56,610 nt of DNA. Origin: Myxococcota bacterium (GTDB lineage Bacteria > Myxococcota_A > UBA796 > SXON01). Below the pieces are notes generated by a model. The model saw only the letters and a program-made list of their open reading frames with translations, made no database searches and was not told the origin of the DNA. Positions within the stretch are counted from its first letter, which is position 1; each line of letters begins with the position of its first letter. Below are positions 18,245 through 27,913 of this stretch, piece after piece. The stretch covers positions 337,396 to 394,005 of the forward strand of contig JAZKFH010000009.1 in the NCBI GenBank assembly GCA_040386535.1. The letters run 5' to 3'. A program made the position numbers and the translations under genes.

Positions 18245-19261
18245 GTGGCGGACATCGTGGTCATCGGCGCCGGCCCCGCGGGCCTCGTGTGCGCCGGGGC
18301 GTTGGCGCGCGCCGGGGCCGAGGTGGTCGTGCTCGACAAGGGGCGCGGCGTCGGGGGGCGGTGCGCCACGCGTCGCGTCGAGGGGCAGCCGGTGGACCAC
18401 GGGCTCTGCTTCCTCCACGGGACCGACGCCGGTTTCCTCGCGGCGATCGACGGGGTGGACGGTGAGCGGATCCCCGGCTGGCCGCGCGTCGTCGCGGGCC
18501 GCGGCACCCCCTGCCACCCCGCCGCGTTCGATCCCGCGTCCCGACGTGTCGCCTTCGTGGACGGGGTCAACGTCTTCGCGAAGCACCTCGCGGGCGGGCT
18601 CGACGTGCGCACGAACACGAAGGTGACGACGGTCGCCGTGGTGGGCGGGGTGGTGAAGGTGACGACCGAGGCCGGAGGGGACATCCGGGCGCCGACGCTC
18701 GTCCTCGCGCTCCCCGTGGAGCAGGCCGCGGCGCTCCTCGCGGCGGTGCCCGGGACGCCCGAGCTCGCCGGCCCGCGCGCGTTGCTCGGCGCCGTGCGCA
18801 CGCACCCGTGCTGGACCGTGATCGCGCGGTACGACGGCCCCGACGATCCCCTCGACGCGGAGATCCACTACCCCGCCGACGGTGCCCTTCAGCTCGTGGT
18901 GCACGATTCGTCGAAGCGCCGTCACCCGCGCGTGCGCACGCTCGTGTTGCAGGCCCGGCCGTCGTGGTCGGCGCGCCACTTGGAGACCCCTGACGACGCT
19001 GTCGCCACCACGCTCCTCGCGGAGGCCGGCGCGCTCCTCGGGGCATGGGCATCGGCGCCGGCCTTCGCGGTCGCCCACCGGTGGCGGCACGCCCGGGTGG
19101 ACCGTGGCACGGGGCTCGCCGCGCCCTATCGGTTGGCGCTCCCCGGGGGCGTACGGATAGGCATCGCCGGCGAGGCGTTCGACCCGGTGGGGGGCGCCGA
19201 GGCGGCGTTCCGATCGGGTCGGAGGCTGGCGGAACGAATCGTTGGAGGAACGAATGAGTGA
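18245..19261 (+). CDS. Renalase-like NAD(P)/FAD-dependent oxidoreductase
   Basis: IGAGPAGL, DKGRGVGGRCATRR, DHG, HRWRHA and AGE...EAAFRSG motifs. Confidence 0.85.
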   Translation: MADIVVIGAGPAGLVCAGALARAGAEVVVLDKGRGVGGRCATRRVEGQPVDHGLCFLHGTDAGFLAAIDGVDGERIPGWPRVVAGRGTPCHPAAFDPASRRVAFVDGVNVFAKHLAGGLDVRTNTKVTTVAVVGGVVKVTTEAGGDIRAPTLVLALPVEQAAALLAAVPGTPELAGPRALLGAVRTHPCWTVIARYDGPDDPLDAEIHYPADGALQLVVHDSSKRRHPRVRTLVLQARPSWSARHLETPDDAVATTLLAEAGALLGAWASAPAFAVAHRWRHARVDRGTGLAAPYRLALPGGVRIGIAGEAFDPVGGAEAAFRSGRRLAERIVGGTNE

Positions 19262-19982
19262 GCTCGACGAGCTGGTCGATCGCGACCGTGACCACGAATG
19301 CCCCGGCCTCGGGGCCGACAACGTGTGCGTGCGCCTCGTCGGCGTCGCGGAGCTGCCGACGCGGTTCGGGAACTTCCGCATCGCGGCGTTCTGGAACAAC
19401 CGGGACGGCAAGGACCACGTCGCCATCATCAAGGGGGACGTGCGGGGCGGCGAGGACGTGCTCACCCGCCTGCACAGCGAGTGCCTCACCGGAGATGCCC
19501 TCGGCTCGCTCCGGTGCGACTGCCGCGACCAGCTCGAGTCCTCCCTCTCGAAGATCGGTCAGCAGGAGCGCGGCATCGTGCTGTATTTGCGCCAGGAGGG
19601 CCGCGGCATCGGCCTGATGAACAAGGTGCGCGCCTATGCGCTCCAGGACCGCGGGCTCGACACGGTCGAGGCCAACCTGGCCCTCGGGTTCGGAGACGAC
19701 GAGCGCGACTACGCCATCGCCGCGCACATGCTCCACAGCCTCGAGCTGGGCTCCATCCAACTGATGACGAACAACCCGAACAAGATCAAGCAACTCGAGC
19801 ACTTCGGCGTCCGGGTGAGCGGCCGCGTGCCCCACGTGTTGCCGCCCAACCCCTACAACCAGTTCTACCTGGAGACCAAGGCGCGGCGCTCGGGCCACTT
19901 CATCGACTTCGGCGTGCGGTTGCCGGAGCAGGCGGAGCCGGTGGTGGTGGAGGGGATGGAGGAGAAGGAGGAGGGGACGTAG
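19254..19982 (+). CDS. ribA: GTP cyclohydrolase II
   Basis: RLHSECLTGD..GSLRCDC, QEGRGIGL.NK..AY.LQD.G.DT..AN and LMTNNP.K motifs. Confidence 0.95.
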   Translation: MSELDELVDRDRDHECPGLGADNVCVRLVGVAELPTRFGNFRIAAFWNNRDGKDHVAIIKGDVRGGEDVLTRLHSECLTGDALGSLRCDCRDQLESSLSKIGQQERGIVLYLRQEGRGIGLMNKVRAYALQDRGLDTVEANLALGFGDDERDYAIAAHMLHSLELGSIQLMTNNPNKIKQLEHFGVRVSGRVPHVLPPNPYNQFYLETKARRSGHFIDFGVRLPEQAEPVVVEGMEEKEEGT

Positions 19983-19999
19983 GCGTTTGGGGTGCTCCC

Positions 20000-21436
20000 T
20001 CATGGCCCCCGATTCGCGAAGCCCTCTCCCAGCTCGGAGAGGGGCACCTCCCGCGCGACGAGCCCGCCGTTCGCGCCGACGAGCGCGCCCGTGGCGAGGT
20101 CGATCACGTCCCAGGGCAGCTCCTGTGGCCGTGCCCACCCCGAGCCCGTGACCCAGAGCTGGCCGAAGCGCAGGTCCTCGAGGCGTGGCTCGCCGATGTA
20201 CACGCCCGGGTAGGTGGTCGCCCCCCCAAATCGGCCGGTGTCCGGATTGATCTCGACAAGCACCGCCCGGCCCCCCCACCAGACCCAGGCGCGCCCCGAG
20301 GTGACGAGCACCGTGGGATACATCTCGCCCACGTCGACCCGCTCCACAACCGTTCCCGCGTCGAGATCCACGATCAGAAGTGTCATCCCGAGGCTGTCCG
20401 CCGCGGCGTCGCCTCCGTAGACCGCGATCGGGAGGAAACGTGGCAGCGGGCCGTCGAGGACGGCGTTGTCTTGGAACAGGGGGCTCCCGAGGGGAAGGGT
20501 CCAACGTCGCTGCCCCGTCGCGTCGTCGAATCGCGTGATCGCCAGCCCCTCGGTCGAGAAGTCCTCCCCGGTGCGCGTTCGCACCCCGAGGATGAGGTCG
20601 TCACCCCGGGCGCCGCAGGGCGCTTCGTTGGGGATGGACTCTCCCGCATCGAGCTCGACCGTCCGGATGGGCTGCGTGGCGTCCATCGGCACCGACAGTA
20701 CGCTGTCATGGTTGCCCCCGATCCAACTCTCGGGGAGCTGACACAGGAACCGAGAGGCCGGGACGCGCCGGGTGATCGCACCCGTCGCGGGATCGAGCTC
20801 GACAGCCGGGCTCTCGAACGGCTTGGAGGCGAGCAGGCGGTCATTTTTCATTGGTGTCACCATCACGCCATGTCCCAACGGTGGCGGCCCGTCGAGCGCA
20901 GCGCGCTCCCACGAGACGGCTCCCGTCGCGAGTGAGAGCGTGTGTAGCCGTTCGTGGAGACGGCCGTCGCTCTCGATCTCGTCGACCACGTACACCCGCT
21001 CGGCGTCCGCCACCAGCATCGGTCCGATCCGCCCAGCGCGGCCCATCGGCGGTGTGCCCGGCAGCGTCGACTCCCAGAGTCGGTGGCCGTCGGACCGGGC
21101 GAGCGCGAACACCACCACCTCGGGGTTTGGGTACTGTCGTGCTCCGAGCAGGATGATCTGCTCACCGGCGGCGATGGCGCCCGTGAAGCCGAGCGCCTCG
21201 CCCACCTCGACCGGCGTGGTCTCGGCGCTCCATCGGAGCGTCCCGTCAGCCGCGACGAGCTCCACCCAGTGCCGCGAGGTGTCGTCGTTGCGTCTGGTCA
21301 GCAGGATCGCCTCGTCCACCCCGATGGGGACGCTCCCCACCACGAACCTCGGGACGGGCATCCACACCCAGACGCCGCCGGCCACGATCGCGACGACAAG
21401 GACAGCGGCGAGCGTCCGCTTTCCAGCGTGCCTCAC
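20000..21436 (-). CDS. Membrane-anchored PQQ-like beta-propeller protein
   Basis: N-terminal TM helix and repeated (A/D)xxTG...W blades. GTGA overlap with the upstream gene. Confidence 0.7.
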   Translation of the reverse strand: MRHAGKRTLAAVLVVAIVAGGVWVWMPVPRFVVGSVPIGVDEAILLTRRNDDTSRHWVELVAADGTLRWSAETTPVEVGEALGFTGAIAAGEQIILLGARQYPNPEVVVFALARSDGHRLWESTLPGTPPMGRAGRIGPMLVADAERVYVVDEIESDGRLHERLHTLSLATGAVSWERAALDGPPPLGHGVMVTPMKNDRLLASKPFESPAVELDPATGAITRRVPASRFLCQLPESWIGGNHDSVLSVPMDATQPIRTVELDAGESIPNEAPCGARGDDLILGVRTRTGEDFSTEGLAITRFDDATGQRRWTLPLGSPLFQDNAVLDGPLPRFLPIAVYGGDAAADSLGMTLLIVDLDAGTVVERVDVGEMYPTVLVTSGRAWVWWGGRAVLVEINPDTGRFGGATTYPGVYIGEPRLEDLRFGQLWVTGSGWARPQELPWDVIDLATGALVGANGGLVAREVPLSELGEGFANRGP

Positions 21437-24045
21437 CGCAGCCCCACCACCCAGACCGCCCCATCATCCCCCAACACCCCCGCCGCGCGCGGCGCCCCGA
21501 TCGCGATGCTCGGGATGCCGTCGATGTCGAGCGGCGCGAAGCTCGTGCCCGCGAGGTCGACGGCGTCGGCGCCCTCCCAGCCGGCGACCGCGTCGTCGTC
21601 ATCGAGCGTGCCGACGAGCGGGCCCGCGAAGGACCACAGCCGGCCCGCGTCGATCCCCGCGCCGTCGCTCTCCGGGGCCCCCACGAGCAGGCGGAGGCCG
21701 GATGCCCCTTCGCTCACGGCGAGGGTCGCCCCGAAGTCGCCGCCCTCGCGGGAGGTCATCGTGACCGTGGCGGCGCTCGCGTCGAGCGTGCCGGCCGGGA
21801 GCGGCGCGGTGAACCCGTACACGATCGACGACCACCCGTCGGTCACATACAGCTCGGTGAAGCCGTCGCCGTCGAGATCCCCGCCGGCCAACGCGATGTC
21901 CGCGGTCTCGAAGGTGGTGGTCGCCTCGTCCCACGTGTGGGTGCCCGAGGTCATGCCGGCCATCACGCGGAGGTTCGTGCCGGTGGTGAAGGCCACGTCG
22001 TCGCGACCGTCTCCGTCGAGATCGCCCACATTTGCGCCCCGGCGCGTGCCGCCCGCCATCCCGTCCGACGTGTCGAACCGGGCGTCCGCGTCCGTCGCGG
22101 TGCGGCCGCCGAGCGGGCCGCCGAGGAGGAGGTACACGGTCGAGGTGCCCCAGTCCGCGAACTCGGTGGAGGCCCCGCCCACGAGCACGTCGGCGAGGCC
22201 GTCCCCATCGACGTCGCCGGCGGGGGACACTGTCTCGCCGGCGTCCGAATCCGTCTCCTCGAGCGACCACACCACGTCGGTCGCGCCCGTGCCCAGCTCG
22301 CCGCTGGCCAGCGCGCCGCCGGGGAGGATCCAGGTGTCGCCGTAGTTGGGCGCCACACCGAGGTCGTCGAGGCCGTCGCCGTCGATGTCCCCGAGGAGCG
22401 AAACCTCGAGCCCCGACGCGGTCGTGTAGCGCTCGGCCGCGGCGTCGCCCAGGGTGCGGTCCGGCGGGACGATCCAGACCGAGGGGCCCCGCTCCGTCAC
22501 GCCGACCACGACGAGGTCGGACGCGCCGCCGCCGTGGTCCCACGCGGCGAGCCCGAGCCCGAGCTGGTTTCCGGCGCCGCCCACGAGCGCGGGGCCGGCG
22601 GCGAGCGCCTCCACACGATCCGCGCCGTCGTCCACGACGCCGTCACAGTCCTCATCGCGACCGTCGGTCCGCTCGGCGGCGAACGGGAACACGGTCGGAT
22701 CGGCGTCGTCGCAGTCGTCGGCGCCGTGGCCGTCGCGGTCGGCGTCCGCTCCGGGCGCGCCCCAGCCGCGGATCACCGAGATGGTGCGGCCGTCCGACCA
22801 GAGGATGTCGCCGCGGGCGGGCCCGCCGAGCCGCGCGGACACGGCCCAGTCGGGGGCGGAGCCGCTTCCCACCCAGGTGAGGTCGGGCGCGGCGCAGGAA
22901 GTGTTGGCCGCCGGCGCGTCGTGCCAGACGAGCAGCGAGCGCGACGTGTCGGTGCCGACGCCCACGAACCCGAGGCCCGCGAGGCCATCGGCGTCGCCGT
23001 CGATGCCACCGAGGAGCGTCTGGATGGAGTGCCGGGTGATTCCCGACTCACATTCGAGGGCCACGTCGGGCACGACCGGAGACGTGCCGGCGTCCACGCC
23101 GTGAAGGAGGCTGATGCGGGCAGAGTCCACGACGAGCAGATCGTCGCGACCGTCCCCGTCGCCGTCCCCAAGCGCGCCGTACCATGGGGTCTCGAAGGGC
23201 CACGCGAACGTGATGGGCGTGGTGGCGAGGTCCTCGAACCGGGAGGTCCCCTCGGGGACTGGTCCGAACAGCACCGCGCCGTCGATCACGAGGTCGGGCG
23301 TGCCGTCCCCATCGAGGTCTCCGGGGGCGACGAAGCGGGTCGTTCGGACGTCCAACCCGGTCACGACGGCGAAGGCGTCTTCCAGCGAGAGCTCCCCCGA
23401 GGGGAGGGGACCGGCGAAGAACGCGAGGTCACCGCTGTCCGACACCTGGAGGACCACGTCCCCGACGCCGTCGCCATCGAAGTCGTCTCCAGACAGCACG
23501 TCGTCGACGCCGAACGCGAAGACCGTGGGTGCCGTCGTGATGTCGAGTGTACTCACGCTCGGCAACCCGTGGAACACGTAGGTGGTGTTCAGCGAGTAGA
23601 TGCCGAGGATGAGATGCTCACCCGCGATCCAGGCCTTTCCTTGTATCCGCGTCTTCACGCCGATCACCGAGATCGTGTCCCTTGTGCCCGCGTAGGCGTC
23701 GTACCGCACGATGCGGAAGGGCTCATCCTCCACGTCGGTGGGGAACACGAGCTCGTCGACGCCGTCCCCGTCCAGGTCCCCGACCGCCGGGCGGCCGAGA
23801 TCGGTCGCGTCGAGCGTGTCGTCCGCCGCGAGCAGATCGCCTCGGCGGGGCTCCCAGGCGGGAGCGCCGGTGTCCTCCGAGGTGTCCCCGGCGGTGTCGG
23901 TGTCGGTTTCCTCGGTGTCGGTCTCCTCCGTATCGGTGTCCTCACCATCGGTGTCACCCGAGTCGCCCGCGGTGCCGGTCTCCTCCTCGGGGGGCTTGGC
24001 CGGATCGTCGATGCACGCGAACAGGAGGAGGAGGGTGACAGTCAT
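21433..24045 (-). CDS. Lipoprotein with two FG-GAP repeat regions separated by a MopE-like repeat
   Basis: LLLLFAC lipobox, Asp/Thr/Glu linker, many GDLDGDG repeats, and DCDDADPTVFPFAAERTDGRDEDCDG. Confidence 0.85.
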   Translation of the reverse strand: MTVTLLLLFACIDDPAKPPEEETGTAGDSGDTDGEDTDTEETDTEETDTDTAGDTSEDTGAPAWEPRRGDLLAADDTLDATDLGRPAVGDLDGDGVDELVFPTDVEDEPFRIVRYDAYAGTRDTISVIGVKTRIQGKAWIAGEHLILGIYSLNTTYVFHGLPSVSTLDITTAPTVFAFGVDDVLSGDDFDGDGVGDVVLQVSDSGDLAFFAGPLPSGELSLEDAFAVVTGLDVRTTRFVAPGDLDGDGTPDLVIDGAVLFGPVPEGTSRFEDLATTPITFAWPFETPWYGALGDGDGDGRDDLLVVDSARISLLHGVDAGTSPVVPDVALECESGITRHSIQTLLGGIDGDADGLAGLGFVGVGTDTSRSLLVWHDAPAANTSCAAPDLTWVGSGSAPDWAVSARLGGPARGDILWSDGRTISVIRGWGAPGADADRDGHGADDCDDADPTVFPFAAERTDGRDEDCDGVVDDGADRVEALAAGPALVGGAGNQLGLGLAAWDHGGGASDLVVVGVTERGPSVWIVPPDRTLGDAAAERYTTASGLEVSLLGDIDGDGLDDLGVAPNYGDTWILPGGALASGELGTGATDVVWSLEETDSDAGETVSPAGDVDGDGLADVLVGGASTEFADWGTSTVYLLLGGPLGGRTATDADARFDTSDGMAGGTRRGANVGDLDGDGRDDVAFTTGTNLRVMAGMTSGTHTWDEATTTFETADIALAGGDLDGDGFTELYVTDGWSSIVYGFTAPLPAGTLDASAATVTMTSREGGDFGATLAVSEGASGLRLLVGAPESDGAGIDAGRLWSFAGPLVGTLDDDDAVAGWEGADAVDLAGTSFAPLDIDGIPSIAIGAPRAAGVLGDDGAVWVVGLR

Positions 24046-24073
24046 GGTAGAAGTCTACTCGTTGGAGGAGAGC

Positions 24074-24916
24074 ATGGCGGACGATGCCGACGAGATTGCC
24101 CGGATCCGTGCCACTATCGCCGCTTTCCTCCGCGAGGGCTACGAGTACTCGGGCGGTAATCGCGAGATCCACTACCGTGTGACCTACGAGCTCGGCCGGG
24201 GCGTGTTCGTGGCCTCCACCTACGATACGCTCGTGCTCGATCCGTTCGCGCCCATCGAAACGCGCATCTTCGCCGAGGACGCCCAGGTGCTCGCCTGGCT
24301 CGCTCCCGGCCGGCCCACCGCCGAGGGGTGGCGCACCGTCCTCGGCGACCTGATCATGACAGCAAGGAGCGGCCGCCCCGGCGTCGGGCGCCTTCTGCGC
24401 GGCGTGCCAGTAGACGGGCTCACTTTCGAGGGCGTCGGCGCCGACGGCGTGGCGTGGTCCGCCCGGGCCGACGGCGTCGAGGAACTCTACCTCGGCATCT
24501 CGGAGTGGACCCACGTGCGGTTTGTCGTGACACTTGGTTCTCCCGCCGGTGTCAACCCCGAGGCCGGCCCGTTCGCCTGGCGCGTGCCCGGCCCCGACTA
24601 CGTGGACTGGTGCGCGCAGGGCCTCGGCGCCCTGCGGGAGTCCGTGGAAACGCGGCTCGTCACGCGCCTCGGCATCGCCCGCCTGCTCGACTTCTCGGCG
24701 CCGGAGCCGCTGCCCGGCGGTGGCACGTGGTCCGCGCGCCACGTGGATCGCTACGAGGACAACGGCGTCGGGTTCGCGCTCGCCATCCTCACCGCGGCGG
24801 GCGAGGTTCGCCTGCACCACACGCTTGCGCGGCCGGGCTCCACGGATCCCCAGCGCGAGCGGACGGCGGCGCGGACGCGGTTGACGAAATGGATACGGCG
24901 ACAGCTGCGGGGGTAG
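24074..24916 (+). CDS. Hypothetical protein, paralog copy 1
   Basis: GGAGGA SD before ATG 24074. Clear similarity along its length to 27024-27851. Confidence 0.8.
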   Translation: MADDADEIARIRATIAAFLREGYEYSGGNREIHYRVTYELGRGVFVASTYDTLVLDPFAPIETRIFAEDAQVLAWLAPGRPTAEGWRTVLGDLIMTARSGRPGVGRLLRGVPVDGLTFEGVGADGVAWSARADGVEELYLGISEWTHVRFVVTLGSPAGVNPEAGPFAWRVPGPDYVDWCAQGLGALRESVETRLVTRLGIARLLDFSAPEPLPGGGTWSARHVDRYEDNGVGFALAILTAAGEVRLHHTLARPGSTDPQRERTAARTRLTKWIRRQLRG

Positions 24917-25025
24917 GGTGGTTGCCGGTTGCGCGCCCGTCGTCGAGTGGGTGCGGATAGGGCGAGGCTGGCGCCTCCGGGCATCGCGCGCAAGCCGCCG
25001 CTCCGCCGAGTAGCTGCACCGAAGG

Positions 25026-25811
25026 TCACCTCTTGACCGAGCGGGCCGCCTCTACGATCACGGCTGCCACCTCCTCGGGGTGAGATTCGTACACGGAGTG
25101 GCTGGCGCCCTTGATTTGGGTCGTCACGCTCTGGGCCCGGTCGTAATACCACCGCTCCAAGGCCGGGTCGATGATCTTGTCCTCCTCGGCGACGATGCCC
25201 CAGCTCGGCTTCGTCCTCCAGGCGGCCGCGGTCAGCGGCGTACTGAAGATGTCTGCAGCGGCCAGCACCTGCGAGCGCGCCATGAACTCGGCCCGCGCTC
25301 TGGGCAGGTCGGGCGCGAACAGCCGGGTGAACACCGCCGGGTCGAGGTAGGTGAACGCATCCGGCGTTTTCTTGATCGCGCCCTCTGTCTGGGCCAGCGC
25401 GCTTGGCTTCTTCGCGCCGAGGGCCGCCTCATCTTCCCCGGCATCGGGGGCATGGGCCGCCACATACACGAGCCCGACGACGTTGGGATGCACGCCGGCC
25501 TGCGTGATGATCGAGCCACCGTAGCTGTGCCCGACGAGCAGGGTCGGGCCGTCCTGAAGGTCGAGGACCCTCTTGGTAGCGGCAACGTCGTCCATGAGGG
25601 AGGTCAGGGGTTCTTGAACCATGGTGACCTGGAACCCCTCCCGGGTGAGGATTTCATCGACCGCCTTCCAGCCCGAGGCGTCCACCCAGGCGCCGTGAAC
25701 CAGGACGATGTTCTCGATGGCGTCGTCGCCCTCCGGGACTGCCGCGGACACCGAGGTGAGAACGGCCACGAAGCCCAGGACGAAGGCAAGGAAGGCCAGA
25801 AGGCGCCTCAT
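25026..25811 (-). CDS. Secreted alpha/beta hydrolase
   Basis: Signal peptide, VLVHGAW, VGHSYGG nucleophile elbow, EDKII and ASH motifs. Confidence 0.9.
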   Translation of the reverse strand: MRRLLAFLAFVLGFVAVLTSVSAAVPEGDDAIENIVLVHGAWVDASGWKAVDEILTREGFQVTMVQEPLTSLMDDVAATKRVLDLQDGPTLLVGHSYGGSIITQAGVHPNVVGLVYVAAHAPDAGEDEAALGAKKPSALAQTEGAIKKTPDAFTYLDPAVFTRLFAPDLPRARAEFMARSQVLAAADIFSTPLTAAAWRTKPSWGIVAEEDKIIDPALERWYYDRAQSVTTQIKGASHSVYESHPEEVAAVIVEAARSVKR

Positions 25812-25861
25812 TTCGATGACTCCAGCGGTGCGGGATTCCCTGGGATGCCGGGCGCCACGCG

Positions 25862-26467
25862 TCAGTGGCCGGAGCTCATCGCCCGACGGCTCGTCTCGAA
25901 GAGGAACCACGCCCGACGCTCGGTTTCGTCGATCCACACTTCGATCAGGCTCGTCGTCGCCACGTCCCCGTGTCGATCACAGAGTGCGCGGGTTTCGCGG
26001 AGCCGCGCAGTGAGCGCGCGGTTGTCCTCGCAGAGCTCCGCGATCATGTCCGCGGGCTCGACGTAGTCGGCGTCGTTGTCGGAGATGCGTTGGAACCGGG
26101 CGATCTGACCGGTGGACTTCAAGGTTGACTGGCCGATCTTCCGCGAGCGCTCGGCGATCGGATCGGTCATCGCGAAGAGTTGGTCCGCCTGCTCGTCGAG
26201 CAGCAGGTGGTAGTCGCGGAAGTGGGGTCCGCTCATGTGCCAGTGGAAGTTCTTGGTCTTCAGGTAGAGGGCGAACACGTCCGCGAGGACGATGCGCAGC
26301 GCGCCGCCGATCTCCTTGGTCCCCTCGGCGTTCAGGTCGGTCGGCGTCGCGATCGGAGCCCTCTGCCGCTTCTCGATCTCCCGCCTCCTGTCTTGGGCCG
26401 CGGCCTCGCCGGTATTCGCGGCTCCCGCCGTCTGCGGCGCCTCTCTGATCTTCGTGTCAACCGCCAC
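25862..26467 (-). CDS. dps: Dps family DNA-protection/ferritin-like protein
   Basis: LYLKTKNFHWHMSGPHFRDYHLLLDEQ...DPIAER and IDETERRAWFL motifs. AAAGGAGG SD before the GTG start. Confidence 0.92.
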   Translation of the reverse strand: MAVDTKIREAPQTAGAANTGEAAAQDRRREIEKRQRAPIATPTDLNAEGTKEIGGALRIVLADVFALYLKTKNFHWHMSGPHFRDYHLLLDEQADQLFAMTDPIAERSRKIGQSTLKSTGQIARFQRISDNDADYVEPADMIAELCEDNRALTARLRETRALCDRHGDVATTSLIEVWIDETERRAWFLFETSRRAMSSGH

Positions 26468-26666
26468 TGTACCCCCCTCCTTTCGGGCGGACGGTACCCG
26501 ACGCGTTCGGATACCCGCCTCGAACGAATGTAGTCGCGCGAACTCACGGGCAAGGCGGGATCCGGGTCTCGTTTGGCTGGCTGCCGAACACCGGCCTGCC
26601 TGCCGAACCAGCGATCGGCAGGGTATAGGGCATCCGTCTCACCCCGACAGAGAGAGGGATTCCAAG

Positions 26667-27011
26667 ATGGCCGTTGACTACCTCGAGATCGTCAGCACCG
26701 ACGTTGACACCCTGGCTGGGCTCTACCAGCGTGTGCACGGGCTCTCCTTCGGCCCCCCGGACCCGGACCTCGGGCAGGCCCGCGTTGCGACTCGGGCGGA
26801 CGGAAGTCTGGTTGGCATCCGGAAGCCGCTTGCCGCACACGAGCAGCCGATCATGCGCACGTACGTCGCTGTCGCGGACATCCAGAAAGCAGCGAAAGAG
26901 GCCGAGGAACACGGTGCGACCATCGCTTATCCCCCGACGCGCCAAGGACAGCGGGGGACCTTCGCGATCGTCATCCAGGGTGGTGTGCAACATGGCCTCT
27001 GGCAGCGGTAG
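26667..27011 (+). CDS. VOC/glyoxalase family protein
   Basis: YLEIV...Y..VHG.SF, YVAVADI..A...A...GA.I..PP and HGLWQ motifs. Confidence 0.8.
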   Translation: MAVDYLEIVSTDVDTLAGLYQRVHGLSFGPPDPDLGQARVATRADGSLVGIRKPLAAHEQPIMRTYVAVADIQKAAKEAEEHGATIAYPPTRQGQRGTFAIVIQGGVQHGLWQR

Positions 27012-27023
27012 CCTGAGCGCCCC

Positions 27024-27851
27024 CTGACCGACCACCCCGACGACATCCCCGCGCTCCGTGCCGCCGTCGCTGCCCGGCTGCGCGAGGGGTACGAGTCCAC
27101 GCGGGGGGACCGCGAAACCAACACACGGCTGGCCTACGAGCCCGGGCGCGGCGCCTTCGTGTTGCACACGTACGACTCGCTCGTGCTCGACCCCGACGCG
27201 CCCATCGACACGACCACCTTCGCCGACGACGCGGCGGTGCTCGCCCACCTCGCGCCCGCGCCCGAGACCGTGGAGGGGTGGCAGGCCGTGCTCCGGGGCC
27301 TGCACACGCCGCGGCGCCGCCATCGGTTGGGAGAGGGCCGCGCCGTGCCGGAGCTGCCCGTGGCTGGGTTGGTTTTCGAGGGGTTGCTCGCCGACGGAAC
27401 GCGATGGTCGGCGCGGGCCGAGGGCGTGGAGGAGCGGTACCTCGGCCTCTCGGAGTGGCCCCACGTGCGGTTCCTGGTGACGCTCGATCCTGCCGACCAC
27501 GGTCCGTTCGCTTGGCGTGTCCCGGGTCCCGACGGCGCTGATTGGCGCGAGGACGGCCTCGGCGCGCTCCGAAATGCCGTGGAGTCCCGGCTCGTCGCGC
27601 GCCTCGCCGTGGCGCGCCTGCTCGACTTCTCGGCGCCGGAGCCGCTCCCCGGCGGTGGCACCTGGTCGGCGCGGCACGTGGATCGGTACGAGGACGACGG
27701 CGTCGGGTTCGCCCTCACCGTCGTGACCGCGGGGGCAGAGGTGTCCGTGCACCACACGCTCGCCCGGCCGGGCTCTACCGATTCGCGGCGCGAGCGTACG
27801 GCGGCGCGGACGCGGCTGACCAAGTGGATACGGCTGCAGCTGCGGGGGTAG
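27024..27851 (+). CDS. Hypothetical protein, paralog copy 2 (CTG start, read-through product or 5'-damaged gene)
   Basis: Open frame homologous to 24074-24916 from its first codon (LTDHPDDIPALRAAVAARLREGYE vs MADDADEIARIRATIAAFLREGYE). No ATG/GTG/TTG until 27159. Confidence 0.65.
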   Translation: MTDHPDDIPALRAAVAARLREGYESTRGDRETNTRLAYEPGRGAFVLHTYDSLVLDPDAPIDTTTFADDAAVLAHLAPAPETVEGWQAVLRGLHTPRRRHRLGEGRAVPELPVAGLVFEGLLADGTRWSARAEGVEERYLGLSEWPHVRFLVTLDPADHGPFAWRVPGPDGADWREDGLGALRNAVESRLVARLAVARLLDFSAPEPLPGGGTWSARHVDRYEDDGVGFALTVVTAGAEVSVHHTLARPGSTDSRRERTAARTRLTKWIRLQLRG

Positions 27852-27913
27852 GGTGGTCGCTTGGGTGAGCGCGCCGCGTCCACGCGCCTCCGCCTGCCGG
27901 CTCCGGCGCGCGG

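Noticed and set aside
27009..27011. Pyrrolysine or genome-wide TAG recoding
   Set aside because: Many genes here end normally at TAG (e.g. ribA, fhs, iadA, cphB), and no pyl genes are present. Only local read-through remains possible.
24074..27851. Paralog pair as DGR TR/VR or as IS copies of a composite transposon
   Set aside because: Differences are not adenine-specific, and the proteins show no DDE, HUH or recombinase motifs.
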